64,000 bases of DNA from Anaeroplasmataceae bacterium. GTDB taxonomy: Bacteria > Bacillota_I > Bacilli_A > Acholeplasmatales > JAEDCM01. The position numbers and the translations under genes are program-made. The notes under the pieces were generated by a model. The model ran no database searches. It saw only the letters and a program-made list of their open reading frames with translations, and was not told where the DNA came from. How positions within the stretch are numbered: position 1 is the stretch's first letter; every line of letters begins with the position of its first letter. Shown here piece after piece: positions 19,884 through 29,177 of the stretch. Location of the stretch: contig JAEDCM010000005.1 in NCBI GenBank assembly GCA_016294165.1, positions 68 through 64,067 of the forward strand. Reading direction: 5' to 3'.

Positions 19884-20592
19884 TTTGAATGAAATACTCC
19901 TCTAACGATTTATTTCCAGTTCTCAATTCATTTAAATCAATTTCCTTTACAACCTTACCATTATTAATGATATATACTCTATCACATATCTTCTCAACCA
20001 CATCTAAATTGTGTGATGAGAATATTACTGTTTTATTTTTTGACTTTACATCAACCATTAATCTTTTAACAACGCTAACTGTTTGTGGATCTAATCCTGT
20101 TAAAGGCTCATCTAAAACAAACAAGTTTGGCTCATGAACCAAGGCCGCAATAATCGCTATTTTTTGTTTCATTCCATGAGAATATGTGCTGATTTGATTA
20201 TTAATTTTTTCATTAAGCTTAATCATTCCATTTAAAAAATCAATATTTTTTTGTCGTTTTTCAAGTGGAACCTTAAAAATATTCGCAATAAAATTTATGT
20301 ATTCTAATCCTGTCATTTTTTCAAACAAGTTTGCCACATCAGGCACATATCCAATTTCCTTTTTGACATCAATCGGACTAATACTCATATCATGACCACA
20401 AACATGAATCTCTCCTGAATCAAAAGGATGAATACCAGTGAATGATTTAATAAGTGTTGATTTACCTGCTCCATTTTTACCAACCAAACCAACAATTTCT
20501 CCTTCTTCTGCATAAATACTGATATCATCTATCGCTAAAGGGAGATTAGGCTGATATCTTTTTGATAAATTATTAATAAGTAGCGTCTTCAT
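19870..20592 (-). CDS. ABC transporter ATP-binding protein (ABC-2/DrrA-like)
   Basis: Walker A GKNGAGKST, signature YSHGMKQK, Walker B LFVLDEP and H-loop SSHNL. ATG 20592 (or 20598) follows AGGTGA. The promoter at 20611..20639 excludes the longer ORF-track start at 20670. Confidence 0.9.
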   Translation of the reverse strand: MKTLLINNLSKRYQPNLPLAIDDISIYAEEGEIVGLVGKNGAGKSTLIKSFTGIHPFDSGEIHVCGHDMSISPIDVKKEIGYVPDVANLFEKMTGLEYINFIANIFKVPLEKRQKNIDFLNGMIKLNEKINNQISTYSHGMKQKIAIIAALVHEPNLFVLDEPLTGLDPQTVSVVKRLMVDVKSKNKTVIFSSHNLDVVEKICDRVYIINNGKVVKEIDLNELRTGNKSLEEYFIQNVMD

Positions 20593-20610
20593 TCCCATCA
20601 CCTTTATCAC

Positions 20611-20639
20611 ATTATAACATAAAAATGTATATTTTACAA
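20611..20639 (-). promoter_or_regulatory. Sigma-A-type promoter of the ABC/surface-protein operon
   Basis: Minus strand reads TTGTAA-17 nt-TATAAT with an extended -10 (TGT before TATAAT). The leader is very short. Confidence 0.5.
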
Positions 20640-20689
20640 ATATATAATTTTTAACGCCAAAATTCGACATGAAAAATAAATTATTTTGC

Positions 20690-20722
20690 TTTTTTGAAAA
20701 GAAAAAAGCACCATTGGTGCTT
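20690..20722 (-). terminator. Rho-independent terminator of degV
   Basis: Minus strand reads AAGCACC-AAT-GGTGCTT followed by TTTTTCTTTTC. The hairpin overlaps the degV stop. Confidence 0.6.
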
Positions 20723-21605
20723 ATTTAGCTCTCCTATCTCCAACAAAGAAAACCGCAACTGTCCCTGGCCCACAATGTGAACCAATAATATTTCCGATAT
20801 TGCACATTCTTATCTCTTTAACCTTCAAAAAAGTTTGAGCGACCTTTTCTTTAAGCATTAATGCATCTTCTAAGCATGCAGAATGGGCAATAAAACATTT
20901 ACCAGCATAATTCTCATGATCAACCGCATGAGCAATCATTTCTTCAACTGTCTTGTTAATCGCTTTTTTCTTTCCATGAGCCTTACTGTATGAAATTAAA
21001 TGTCCTGGCTCATCAGTACGCATGATTGGACAAATTCCCAAAACAGTCGCAATCATCGCAGTAGCTCCACTTACTCTTCCACTTCTCTTAAAATAAGTGA
21101 CATCACTTGAGAAAAATTGATGATGAATATTATAGCGAATATCAAGAACAAATTGTTCGATTTCCTCCATTGTTTTATTTTCATCTCTTAAATCTAAGCA
21201 TAAATCGACTAATAATCCATAACCTGCACTTGCACAAACAGAGTCTAAAACAATAAGCTTACGATCAGGATATTTTTCTAAAAGCTCCTTTTGGGCCTCG
21301 TAAGCATTATTTACAGATGGAGTTAATCCTGAACCAAATGCAATGTGAATAACATCACCTTTTTTTAATAATTCTTCAAAATAATCAACATAATGAAATT
21401 TATTAACCTGTGATGTACGAGAAATTTTGCCACCTTTAAGGTCATTATAAAACTTTTCTAGTGCACCCTCAGTTCTACCCATATCATCATGATAAACATT
21501 GTCATCAATTGTATATGAATACTCTAAAACACTAGCGTTTCTCTTTACACAATACTCATAAGGTAAATCAATTGTCGATTCACATGAAAAAATAAAATCT
21601 TTCAT
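20721..21605 (-). CDS. DegV-family fatty-acid-binding protein
   Basis: 294 aa with DegV-like sequence (FSCESTIDLP, ISRTSQVN, IHIAFGSGLTPS, GPGTVAVFF). Confidence 0.88.
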   Translation of the reverse strand: MKDFIFSCESTIDLPYEYCVKRNASVLEYSYTIDDNVYHDDMGRTEGALEKFYNDLKGGKISRTSQVNKFHYVDYFEELLKKGDVIHIAFGSGLTPSVNNAYEAQKELLEKYPDRKLIVLDSVCASAGYGLLVDLCLDLRDENKTMEEIEQFVLDIRYNIHHQFFSSDVTYFKRSGRVSGATAMIATVLGICPIMRTDEPGHLISYSKAHGKKKAINKTVEEMIAHAVDHENYAGKCFIAHSACLEDALMLKEKVAQTFLKVKEIRMCNIGNIIGSHCGPGTVAVFFVGDRRAK

Positions 21606-21638
21606 CTAAAAACACTCCTTACTAATCTTATACAATTT

Positions 21639-21668
21639 CATTCTAATAAATATCACTATTTTTGCCAA
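21639..21668 (-). promoter_or_regulatory. Candidate promoter of degV
   Basis: Minus strand reads TTGGCA-18 nt-TAGAAT. Confidence 0.4.
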
Positions 21669-21742
21669 CCTACTTATAATTTTATCAACTCTACAGAAAG
21701 TAGAGAATAAAAAAACAATGCATTAAAGCCATTTTTTAAATG

Positions 21743-21771
21743 TTGAAAATCTTTATATAATTATGTATAAT
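21743..21771 (+). promoter_or_regulatory. Candidate promoter of the XRE/membrane regulator gene
   Basis: Plus strand reads TTGAAA-17 nt-TATAAT, about 30 nt upstream of ATG 21803. Confidence 0.5.
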
Positions 21772-21802
21772 TATTATATAAAAGATGAAGGTTGGTGAGA
21801 AA

Positions 21803-22375
21803 ATGGAAGATCTCAAAGCTATTATTGCCAAAAATATACTAATGCTTAGGTCAAAAAACAATATGACCCAACAAACACTTGCACAAAAACTTAACTATTC
21901 GGATAAAGCAGTTTCTAAATGGGAACGTGGCGAATCCTTACCAGATATAGTTGTTTTGAAATCTATCGCGGATTTGTTTGGTGTAGAAATTGAATTTCTA
22001 CTTGTTGAACATAATAAGATTAAATCGAGCAATACCAAAAATCATACAATAATTACATTAATGAGCATTCTCATCGTCTTCTTTATATCAACCGTAGTTT
22101 ATATTTTTCTTGAAGTGTTGTCAAAATCGACAATTAATCACTATTTGGCTTTCATCTATGCCATTCCCGAATCAATGATTGTGTGGTTAGTCTTTAATTC
22201 TATTTGGTTTAATCGCAGGCGAAATTATCTAATAATATCTTTTCTAATTTGGAGCATATTACTATTAATCTTTCTCCAATTACTACCTTACACTGGACCG
22301 ATTTGGCAATTGTTTCTAATTGGAATCCCTGGTGAAATTGCCATCATTTTATGGTCATTATTCAAATATAAATAA
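21803..22375 (+). CDS. XRE-family HTH regulator fused to a C-terminal 4-TM membrane domain
   Basis: HTH_3 motif (MTQQTLAQKLNYSDKAVSKWERGESLPD) followed by four hydrophobic segments. ATG 21803 follows GGTGAG. The ORF-track start at 21785 is less likely. Confidence 0.8.
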   Translation: MEDLKAIIAKNILMLRSKNNMTQQTLAQKLNYSDKAVSKWERGESLPDIVVLKSIADLFGVEIEFLLVEHNKIKSSNTKNHTIITLMSILIVFFISTVVYIFLEVLSKSTINHYLAFIYAIPESMIVWLVFNSIWFNRRRNYLIISFLIWSILLLIFLQLLPYTGPIWQLFLIGIPGEIAIILWSLFKYK

Positions 22376-22376
22376 T

Positions 22377-22433
22377 TTAAAAGTACCAGTTAAAATTGTT
22401 ATATAATCGTAACAATTAACTGGTACTTTTTTT
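22377..22433. terminator. Long bidirectional terminator hairpin between the XRE gene and addA
   Basis: AAAAGTACCAGTTAAAATTGTTA-loop-TAACAATTAACTGGTACTTTTT forms a stem of about 21 bp with a 2-nt bulge. It is flanked by A-runs and T-runs on both sides. Confidence 0.65.
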
Positions 22434-25400
22434 ATATCTGCTTGTAATCCTTCAATAAAATTGAATACAAATAACAATTTACATTTTTACCAAATACATT
22501 TACAATATGATTTTTATATTCATTTAACTGCTTAACATATGCCTCATCATCAATATTTTTTGTCTTATAATCAATGATATCAATGTGATCATCATAAATA
22601 AGCATTAAATCGATAATTCCCTTAACAAGGCTATTTTCATCAAAAAACTCATACTCTTTATAGATATCAGCATTCATAATATTTTTCATTAATGGGCTTC
22701 CTAAAAAGCTCTTTACTAAATCTTTATAAAAATTATTTTTTATACTACTATAATCTGGATTTTTAAAATCAATAACCTCTAATAATAAATGGAGCTCATT
22801 ACCAAAATCAATACCTGCTCTTGAGGCATTTAAATCAATACCCTTGCTGGCTCTTAAATGCTTTATTTCTTTTGATTCAATGGCAATTTCATTGATAATT
22901 AGTTTTCTTTCTAAAACCTCTTCATCAGAAATTTGAAGCTTATTTTCTAAGGATAAATCATAGGAATACTTATCATATTTATCATATACAATATCGATAA
23001 ATTCCTTAAAATTTGTTTTACTAGATAAATCATGCGAACTTCCGCAATCAATGACTATATTTGGGTCATCAATATCTAACTCATAATTTAAGCATAATAA
23101 CATTTCTTGATACTCCGAAAAATTGATTTTCTGATCATCATATAGTTTAGTAATATCATCAATAATTACCTTACTCATAATTTTTTCATCACCAAGGGCA
23201 TTTTTAAAGCTATATTTTTGAACATAGGGAATATCGAAATTCATAAACTCTCCATCAAACAAACAATCATATGCTTTTTTGGCATAACCACTTAATTCAA
23301 TACCCGAAACATCGATAAACATTTTAAAGCACTCTTTACTAATCTTCTTATTTAAAATGTGCTTATGTAATTCATTAAATCTATCCGCAAACGGATATTT
23401 TCCATGATAAATATAATACATTAATAACGCTTTATCCATCTCTATTTTATTAATTCTATTATAAAATTCATCTAATGAAATATTCTCATTGCTCTTTATA
23501 CTACGACAATAATCCTTAGTTTTAGATGTATCAATAGTGAAAATATCTTCTTTAAAGGAAACCCCTAAAATTTCTAAGAAACGTTCAGCTTCATTTTTTG
23601 ATATTTTTTCATTAGAAATCAACTCTATTAAATGATCTAAAGCCTTACCATTTACAATAATTGGATTAATTTTAAAGTTGCATAATGAAGAATAATGATC
23701 AATAAAATGACTTTCTTTATATTCCTTAAGATTTCTATCCTTATATTTTTTTAAATACGATGGTTTAATAGTTTTACCAAAAATAAACAATATTTCAATA
23801 AGTTCATTAAGTGAGAGTATATTATCCATATAATCATTGTAAAGGTTCCTTAATGCTACAGGTAAATATGTATTATCAATATAAGCATTATAATCTAAAT
23901 GAACCTGATAATTCATTATTTCTTCTTCACTAAATTCTCTTATCTCATCGATACTTAATCGATAGAATTTCGATGATAGATTAATATCATAATCGCTAAT
24001 AAGCATTCTAAATACTTCTTTATTAAACTCATTATTTTTGAATGAATTAATTATCGTGCTTATATCATAACCATAATATTTATTATAAGTTTTATAATTC
24101 TCAACCAAAAAATATTCGCTCACATCTGTTGGATACAAGAAAATCATCTTCTCTCGAGCTCTAGTTAGCGCAACATAAAACAATCTGATTTTTTCTGATG
24201 TATCCTCTAATACTTCATGATCCTCATTTATCATTTTAATAACATTTAAATACTCATTATGAAGAACAAGCCCATAATCGCATAAACTCATTTTTGCTTT
24301 TATTTCTTCGCGATTAAAATTCGCAGTTAAACCAGAATAATAAACTATATTAAACTCCAATCCCTTAGATTTATGAATCGTCATTATTTGCACATTATCA
24401 AGTTCTGATCCGACACTTGGTAAAGTTAGCTTAATATTATATTCATTAACATAGCTCATAAAAATTATTAAATCATCAATTGTATAATCTAATCCAACCA
24501 TTTGCTTAATCATACTTAAAAATTGATCAATATATTGTTCATTTTTTATGACATTTCCCAATCTAATAATGCGATAATAAAAATTTAGAGAAAATAAGAT
24601 CTCCTCAAATAAATCTGATATTGACAAATGGCTATTTTTATTAATAATATCTTTAATATCCTTTATAATCGGATCATTATAAAAAGCCTTATTACAACAT
24701 ATTTCATATATTTTATCGTCACCATATTCATATATAAATGAACGAGCAATAGAAACAAATGTATGAATAAAACCCGTGCTATTAAAATCATCATCAAAAA
24801 TATATTTAATAAGCTTAAGCAGATTTGTAAGAATTGTAACACAATCATTACTTGTTATATTCTCATCTTTCACCATATATAAAGGAATCTGATATTCATT
24901 AAAAATTTTAACGTATTTTTCAAATTCAACTCCACGATCCATCAATATACAAAAATCAGAAAATTTACAATCTCTGAGACCTTGTTTCCCATCAAATACT
25001 TGATATCTAGAATTCATCTTATTAATAATATCTTGGGCAATTAACCTAGCTTCAACATCCACAGAATTCTTATGATTACGTGGATCATAAATTAAAAATT
25101 CAGCATTATTATTATAAGAGTTTTTAGCATAACTCTTATTTCCAAACTCAATAATATGGTCCTTAGCATAATTTGCTCCACCACAATCATCATTCATGAT
25201 TTGCTTAAACAAATAATTGATATCATCTAATACCTCTTTACGCGAACGGAAATTTTTGTTTAAATCAATAACTCGACCACCATTATGTTCTTTATACTTG
25301 TTATATTTATTAGTAAATATTTCACTTTTAGCATCTCTAAAGCGATAAATTGATTGCTTAACATCACCAACCATATAAACGTTATTATTTTCAATTTCAT

Positions 25401-26544
25401 TGATAAAGTTTTCTTGGATTAATGACGTATCCTGATATTCATCAATCATAATCATCTTTAAACTATTCTTTATGCTCTCTTTAATCTCTTGATTTTCTTT
25501 AACTAATTTTAAAGCCATTTTAGCAATATCATTGAATTCAAAAACTTGATATTTTTCTTTAAATTCTAAAATTCTTTGGTCCAATTTCCTAACAATCTCA
25601 ATCAGCTTGTTTGCGATACTAATATCATTTTGATAGTTTTCTATAAAAGCATCTTTTGATGGTGGGAGATTACTTGCAAAATCAAGCAAATCACTAAACT
25701 TTTTTTCAAACTCATCGATTGAATCATCCTTAGCATTTTTTGGCTTTTTAGGAATCTCTATATCAAATTTTAAAAATTTTAAATAATCATCATATTCTTT
25801 AGCATCATAAAGCTTTTCTAATTGTAAACGTACTAAATCGCCATATGATCTTTTATCCTTTGTGCTTATAGGAATATTAGGTAATTTATTTAATAATGGT
25901 AATAATTCACGCAACTTTTCTTTTAACTTATTAGAAACATATTCCACTAATTCATATATATATTCTAAATTATAATAGCGATTAACAAAATTATCTAAAT
26001 AATCATCATCACTTTTGCTTTTTTTGTCATATAACATCAAAAGCAAACTTAAAATATCTGAATCATCCTTAAAACAAAATCTTTTAATCATGCGATTAAA
26101 ATCATCGTCTTCTCCTTGATAATATTCCTCTAGAATGTCATTTAACATCGTACGCTTTCTAACCGAAATGATACTACCATCCACAATTGAGATATCGTTA
26201 CTAACATTTAATAGCACATGATACTTTTTAACTAGCTTTAAAGCATAGGAATCAAAGGTTGAAATATCTGCTAAATCGACATCCTTAGAAGCATCTAATC
26301 CTTGTTTCTCTAATTCCTTTCTAATACGCTCCTTCATCTCACCAGCTGCTAAATTGGTAAATGTCAAAATTAAGAATTCATTAAGGTGATATCCCTCATT
26401 TTTTATAAAATGCACAACCCTTTGGGTCAATACCTGCGTCTTACCACTACCAGCACCAGCGGACACAATGATATTTTCCCCTTTAGCAATAATAGCCTCC
26501 TGTTGGGGCTTAGTATAATCCTCAAATCTCATCCGTATCCACAT
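22432..26544 (-). CDS. addA: ATP-dependent helicase/nuclease AddA (UvrD-type helicase plus RecB-type nuclease)
   Basis: Walker A GAGSGKT, DEYQDTS and motif VI VALTRAREKM. The C-terminal nuclease motif is GIIDLMLIYDDHIDIIDYKT. At 1370 aa it is long, with about 440 aa between motif VI and the nuclease domain. Confidence 0.9.
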   Translation of the reverse strand: MWIRMRFEDYTKPQQEAIIAKGENIIVSAGAGSGKTQVLTQRVVHFIKNEGYHLNEFLILTFTNLAAGEMKERIRKELEKQGLDASKDVDLADISTFDSYALKLVKKYHVLLNVSNDISIVDGSIISVRKRTMLNDILEEYYQGEDDDFNRMIKRFCFKDDSDILSLLLMLYDKKSKSDDDYLDNFVNRYYNLEYIYELVEYVSNKLKEKLRELLPLLNKLPNIPISTKDKRSYGDLVRLQLEKLYDAKEYDDYLKFLKFDIEIPKKPKNAKDDSIDEFEKKFSDLLDFASNLPPSKDAFIENYQNDISIANKLIEIVRKLDQRILEFKEKYQVFEFNDIAKMALKLVKENQEIKESIKNSLKMIMIDEYQDTSLIQENFINEIENNNVYMVGDVKQSIYRFRDAKSEIFTNKYNKYKEHNGGRVIDLNKNFRSRKEVLDDINYLFKQIMNDDCGGANYAKDHIIEFGNKSYAKNSYNNNAEFLIYDPRNHKNSVDVEARLIAQDIINKMNSRYQVFDGKQGLRDCKFSDFCILMDRGVEFEKYVKIFNEYQIPLYMVKDENITSNDCVTILTNLLKLIKYIFDDDFNSTGFIHTFVSIARSFIYEYGDDKIYEICCNKAFYNDPIIKDIKDIINKNSHLSISDLFEEILFSLNFYYRIIRLGNVIKNEQYIDQFLSMIKQMVGLDYTIDDLIIFMSYVNEYNIKLTLPSVGSELDNVQIMTIHKSKGLEFNIVYYSGLTANFNREEIKAKMSLCDYGLVLHNEYLNVIKMINEDHEVLEDTSEKIRLFYVALTRAREKMIFLYPTDVSEYFLVENYKTYNKYYGYDISTIINSFKNNEFNKEVFRMLISDYDINLSSKFYRLSIDEIREFSEEEIMNYQVHLDYNAYIDNTYLPVALRNLYNDYMDNILSLNELIEILFIFGKTIKPSYLKKYKDRNLKEYKESHFIDHYSSLCNFKINPIIVNGKALDHLIELISNEKISKNEAERFLEILGVSFKEDIFTIDTSKTKDYCRSIKSNENISLDEFYNRINKIEMDKALLMYYIYHGKYPFADRFNELHKHILNKKISKECFKMFIDVSGIELSGYAKKAYDCLFDGEFMNFDIPYVQKYSFKNALGDEKIMSKVIIDDITKLYDDQKINFSEYQEMLLCLNYELDIDDPNIVIDCGSSHDLSSKTNFKEFIDIVYDKYDKYSYDLSLENKLQISDEEVLERKLIINEIAIESKEIKHLRASKGIDLNASRAGIDFGNELHLLLEVIDFKNPDYSSIKNNFYKDLVKSFLGSPLMKNIMNADIYKEYEFFDENSLVKGIIDLMLIYDDHIDIIDYKTKNIDDEAYVKQLNEYKNHIVNVFGKNVNCYLYSILLKDYKQI

Positions 26545-28813
26545 CCTTTACTGAAACCCTATTGATGTCATCATTAGTCATAAAGCATATATCTTTAAAA
26601 TCACAATATGCACAATTCTTATTACTATCAATTTTAATAGGCTTAATATCAAATTCATTATTTCTAATTCTTTTTATTGCAATTTTTATTTGTTCATCTG
26701 CAATATCAACTAACCCATCTAATTCCTTCTTATCAATTCCTGATCTTGCATCTAAGCAACCATCCTTTTTTAATTTAGCTTTAGCAATAAAGCGTGATTT
26801 TGTAATCATTTTATCATCACTTATGCTTCCAAGTTCCTGATCAAGGCGCTTAATAATCTCTGAATCATTAACAAATAATCCATTTAATTGATATAAATCA
26901 TCTAATTCTTTATCCTCTTTTGTTAAAACGTTTTGAATGAAAATACCAATATTTTCATAATCAGGAAATTTATTTTTTAACAATAGTGAATAAATTGGTA
27001 ATTGCATATTTAAGCCATATTTTGTATATTCCTTGCTAAATTTTAAATCATAAGTCTTACAATCAATAACCGCTAGATTTTTTTTCTCATCATCAAAAAT
27101 TATTTTATCAATTCGACCATCAAGTTTTGTTTTATCATCAATATCAATAATAATCTTTTCTTCTGTTAATACTCTTTTAAATAAAGAATTGCTCATCATC
27201 ATTTGATTCTTTTTAATCACATTATTTACCTGTGGCAAAAGCATTCTAACAAAAAATCTCTCTTTAGCTGTTGTAAAGTTTTCATTAATCATATCACTAT
27301 AATCAAGAAGGTTGATTTCCTTTTCTACGGAATCCTCAAGTATCTTGTGAAATAGGGTTCCTAATCTTGCACTAAAGCTTGGAATATATTCATTAACGTT
27401 TAAAACATATTTAACAAAATATTTAAATGGACAATTATTATAATCTTCAATCTTGGTGCTTGATAATTTCATAGAATTATCATTTATACCATTTAATCCT
27501 TTGAAGCTATGATTATACTTCATAAACCCAATTTCATCATCACTATAAGAATTCATATAAGGACTCTTTAGACCATACATCATATTTAAATCCTTATGCT
27601 CCGCAACTTCTAGATGTGCACAATTAAAAGAGTATCGCACATCCTCTAATTCTCCTTTTATTTCCACCATTCTTAATTCCTTTGTTAAAATTGATGGATA
27701 ATAAATCGTTTTACCTTCTTTATACTTAAAGGATATAACTAGATTTTTCGTGTTACTAATAAAATCAATCAATTGATCCTTATTAATCATATTTTCAATC
27801 GCTGATGTATTGTGATTTAAAATCATCTTTTCCTCATCAGTTAAAAAATCAATATCCTTTTTTATAACCGGATAGGCGCCAATCGAAAAACCAAGCATAA
27901 AAGCATATTCATCATCAGAAACTGCACTTCTACAAATACGAATTTGCTTATCATACTCTACAGGCTTAGCATACTTATTTTTAGCAATTGAAATAACCGC
28001 ATCAATCAAACAATCTTTATTCAAACTTAATTCATTGATTATATTTAAATCGTTATTTAAAACGCTAAAAATATCAAAATCCTTATCCTTTGATATTTGA
28101 TCATAAGCTTCCTTTAAGCTTAAATCCTTTAAGTATCCTAAGAATCTTTTAAATACCGGCAAATCATAGATAACCCTTTTGTTTTTTTCTTCAATATGAA
28201 TATTATGATATCTAGCATACTTCTTTAAAATAAGATCATATTCACTTGGATAATCATAAATAAAAATTTTATTCAAATCCACACCACTATTAACTAAACT
28301 CATAATCTTAATAAATAAAGCACTAACCTCTTCACTTATCGTTTTATATGAATAATAATCATGATGATATCCTAAGCGATCATTCTTTATAAAATCATAA
28401 TCTGCCTCTAAAATATTAAGAGCATTTTTTAATTCTCTATCCTGCTCATGATAACGATAAACTAACACCTTTTTATTTTTAAAAATTAACTTAAACAACG
28501 GATTAAGTTTTAATAAATCATTTTTTAAAAGGGATTGATAAATATCATATAATAAATCCAATTTTGCATTATGCTTTTTAATCCCATAAAGGTTATTAAG
28601 AATCTCCTTAGAGTTTGAAAAGCTATAATTAAAATTACTTTTAACATGCATAATTGCCTTTAAATCAAAATCAAAAAAAGCATTTTTCATAATATCATTT
28701 TTACTCATATACTTCACATGAGCAAGTGGGTTGATAATATTCATTAATCCATACTTTTCACTCTCTGGACAAACAACTATGAAATTTTCCTTTAAATTAT
28801 TTAATCTTTCCAT
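26522..28813 (-). CDS. addB: Helicase-nuclease subunit AddB/RexB (short form, no Walker A)
   Basis: PD-(D/E)xK motif GRIDKIIFDDEKKNLAVIDCKT, with Fe-S cluster cysteines CPFKYF and CAYCDFKDIC. It lies upstream of and overlaps addA. ATG 28813 follows AGGTGA. It is only about 763 aa. Confidence 0.85.
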   Translation of the reverse strand: MERLNNLKENFIVVCPESEKYGLMNIINPLAHVKYMSKNDIMKNAFFDFDLKAIMHVKSNFNYSFSNSKEILNNLYGIKKHNAKLDLLYDIYQSLLKNDLLKLNPLFKLIFKNKKVLVYRYHEQDRELKNALNILEADYDFIKNDRLGYHHDYYSYKTISEEVSALFIKIMSLVNSGVDLNKIFIYDYPSEYDLILKKYARYHNIHIEEKNKRVIYDLPVFKRFLGYLKDLSLKEAYDQISKDKDFDIFSVLNNDLNIINELSLNKDCLIDAVISIAKNKYAKPVEYDKQIRICRSAVSDDEYAFMLGFSIGAYPVIKKDIDFLTDEEKMILNHNTSAIENMINKDQLIDFISNTKNLVISFKYKEGKTIYYPSILTKELRMVEIKGELEDVRYSFNCAHLEVAEHKDLNMMYGLKSPYMNSYSDDEIGFMKYNHSFKGLNGINDNSMKLSSTKIEDYNNCPFKYFVKYVLNVNEYIPSFSARLGTLFHKILEDSVEKEINLLDYSDMINENFTTAKERFFVRMLLPQVNNVIKKNQMMMSNSLFKRVLTEEKIIIDIDDKTKLDGRIDKIIFDDEKKNLAVIDCKTYDLKFSKEYTKYGLNMQLPIYSLLLKNKFPDYENIGIFIQNVLTKEDKELDDLYQLNGLFVNDSEIIKRLDQELGSISDDKMITKSRFIAKAKLKKDGCLDARSGIDKKELDGLVDIADEQIKIAIKRIRNNEFDIKPIKIDSNKNCAYCDFKDICFMTNDDINRVSVKDVDTDEI

Positions 28814-28826
28814 CCCAATCACCTTT

Positions 28827-28845
28827 AGTATGATTATATCATACT
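28827..28845 (-). promoter_or_regulatory. Perfect palindrome containing an extended -10 box upstream of addB
   Basis: Minus strand reads AGTATGAT-ATA-ATCATACT, with 8-bp arms. The embedded TGATATAAT is an extended -10 about 20 nt before the addB Shine-Dalgarno. Confidence 0.35.
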
Positions 28846-28877
28846 ATTTTTAAAATGTTTCTTGGAAATCACTTTTT

Positions 28878-28911
28878 AATAAAAAAGACCTACAATTATT
28901 ATTGTAAGTCC
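28878..28911 (-). terminator. Rho-independent terminator of gerE
   Basis: Minus strand reads GGACTTACAAT-AATAA-TTGTAGGTC followed by TTTTTTATT. Confidence 0.6.
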
Positions 28912-28918
28912 AACATTT

Positions 28919-29143
28919 CTATAACTCTAATTCCTCTAATTTAAACAATTCAACGATTGCTTGTGTTCTACCGCTAACTCCCAACTTTTGAATAACATTT
29001 GAAATATGATTTCTAACCGTCTTTTCACTTATGTTTAATGTTTCAGCGATAGTCCTTGTCGTGTTATTTTGAATCAACAGTTTAAATATTTCTAATTCTC
29101 TAGGAGTTAATAAGCTCAATCTTTTAATGAAAATCCCTCCCAA
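28919..29143 (-). CDS. gerE: GerE (LuxR-type HTH, late mother-cell sporulation regulator)
   Basis: The 74-aa ORF aligns along its length with my recollection of B. subtilis GerE (LLTPRELEIF, ISEKTVRNHISNVIQKLGVSGRTQAIVEL, C-terminal ELEL). The start codon is uncertain: either TTG 29143 with no Shine-Dalgarno, or ATT 29128 six nt after GGGAGGG. Confidence 0.85.
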   Translation of the reverse strand: MGGIFIKRLSLLTPRELEIFKLLIQNNTTRTIAETLNISEKTVRNHISNVIQKLGVSGRTQAIVELFKLEELEL

Positions 29144-29177
29144 AATTATTTTATGTTATTCTAATATAAATGTGTTT

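Noticed and set aside
20593-20670. ORF-track N-terminal extension of the ABC ATPase (MSNFGVKNYIFVKYTFLCYNVIKV).
   Set aside because: The extension contains the predicted promoter (TTGTAA-17-TATAAT) and has no Shine-Dalgarno. ATG 20592/20598 follows AGGTGA and gives the usual distance to Walker A.
21689-21705. Hairpin CTCTAC-AGAAA-GTAGAG between degV and the XRE gene, considered as a terminator.
   Set aside because: No T-tract follows on either strand, and it lies between two divergent promoters. It may be an operator, but the evidence is insufficient to annotate it.
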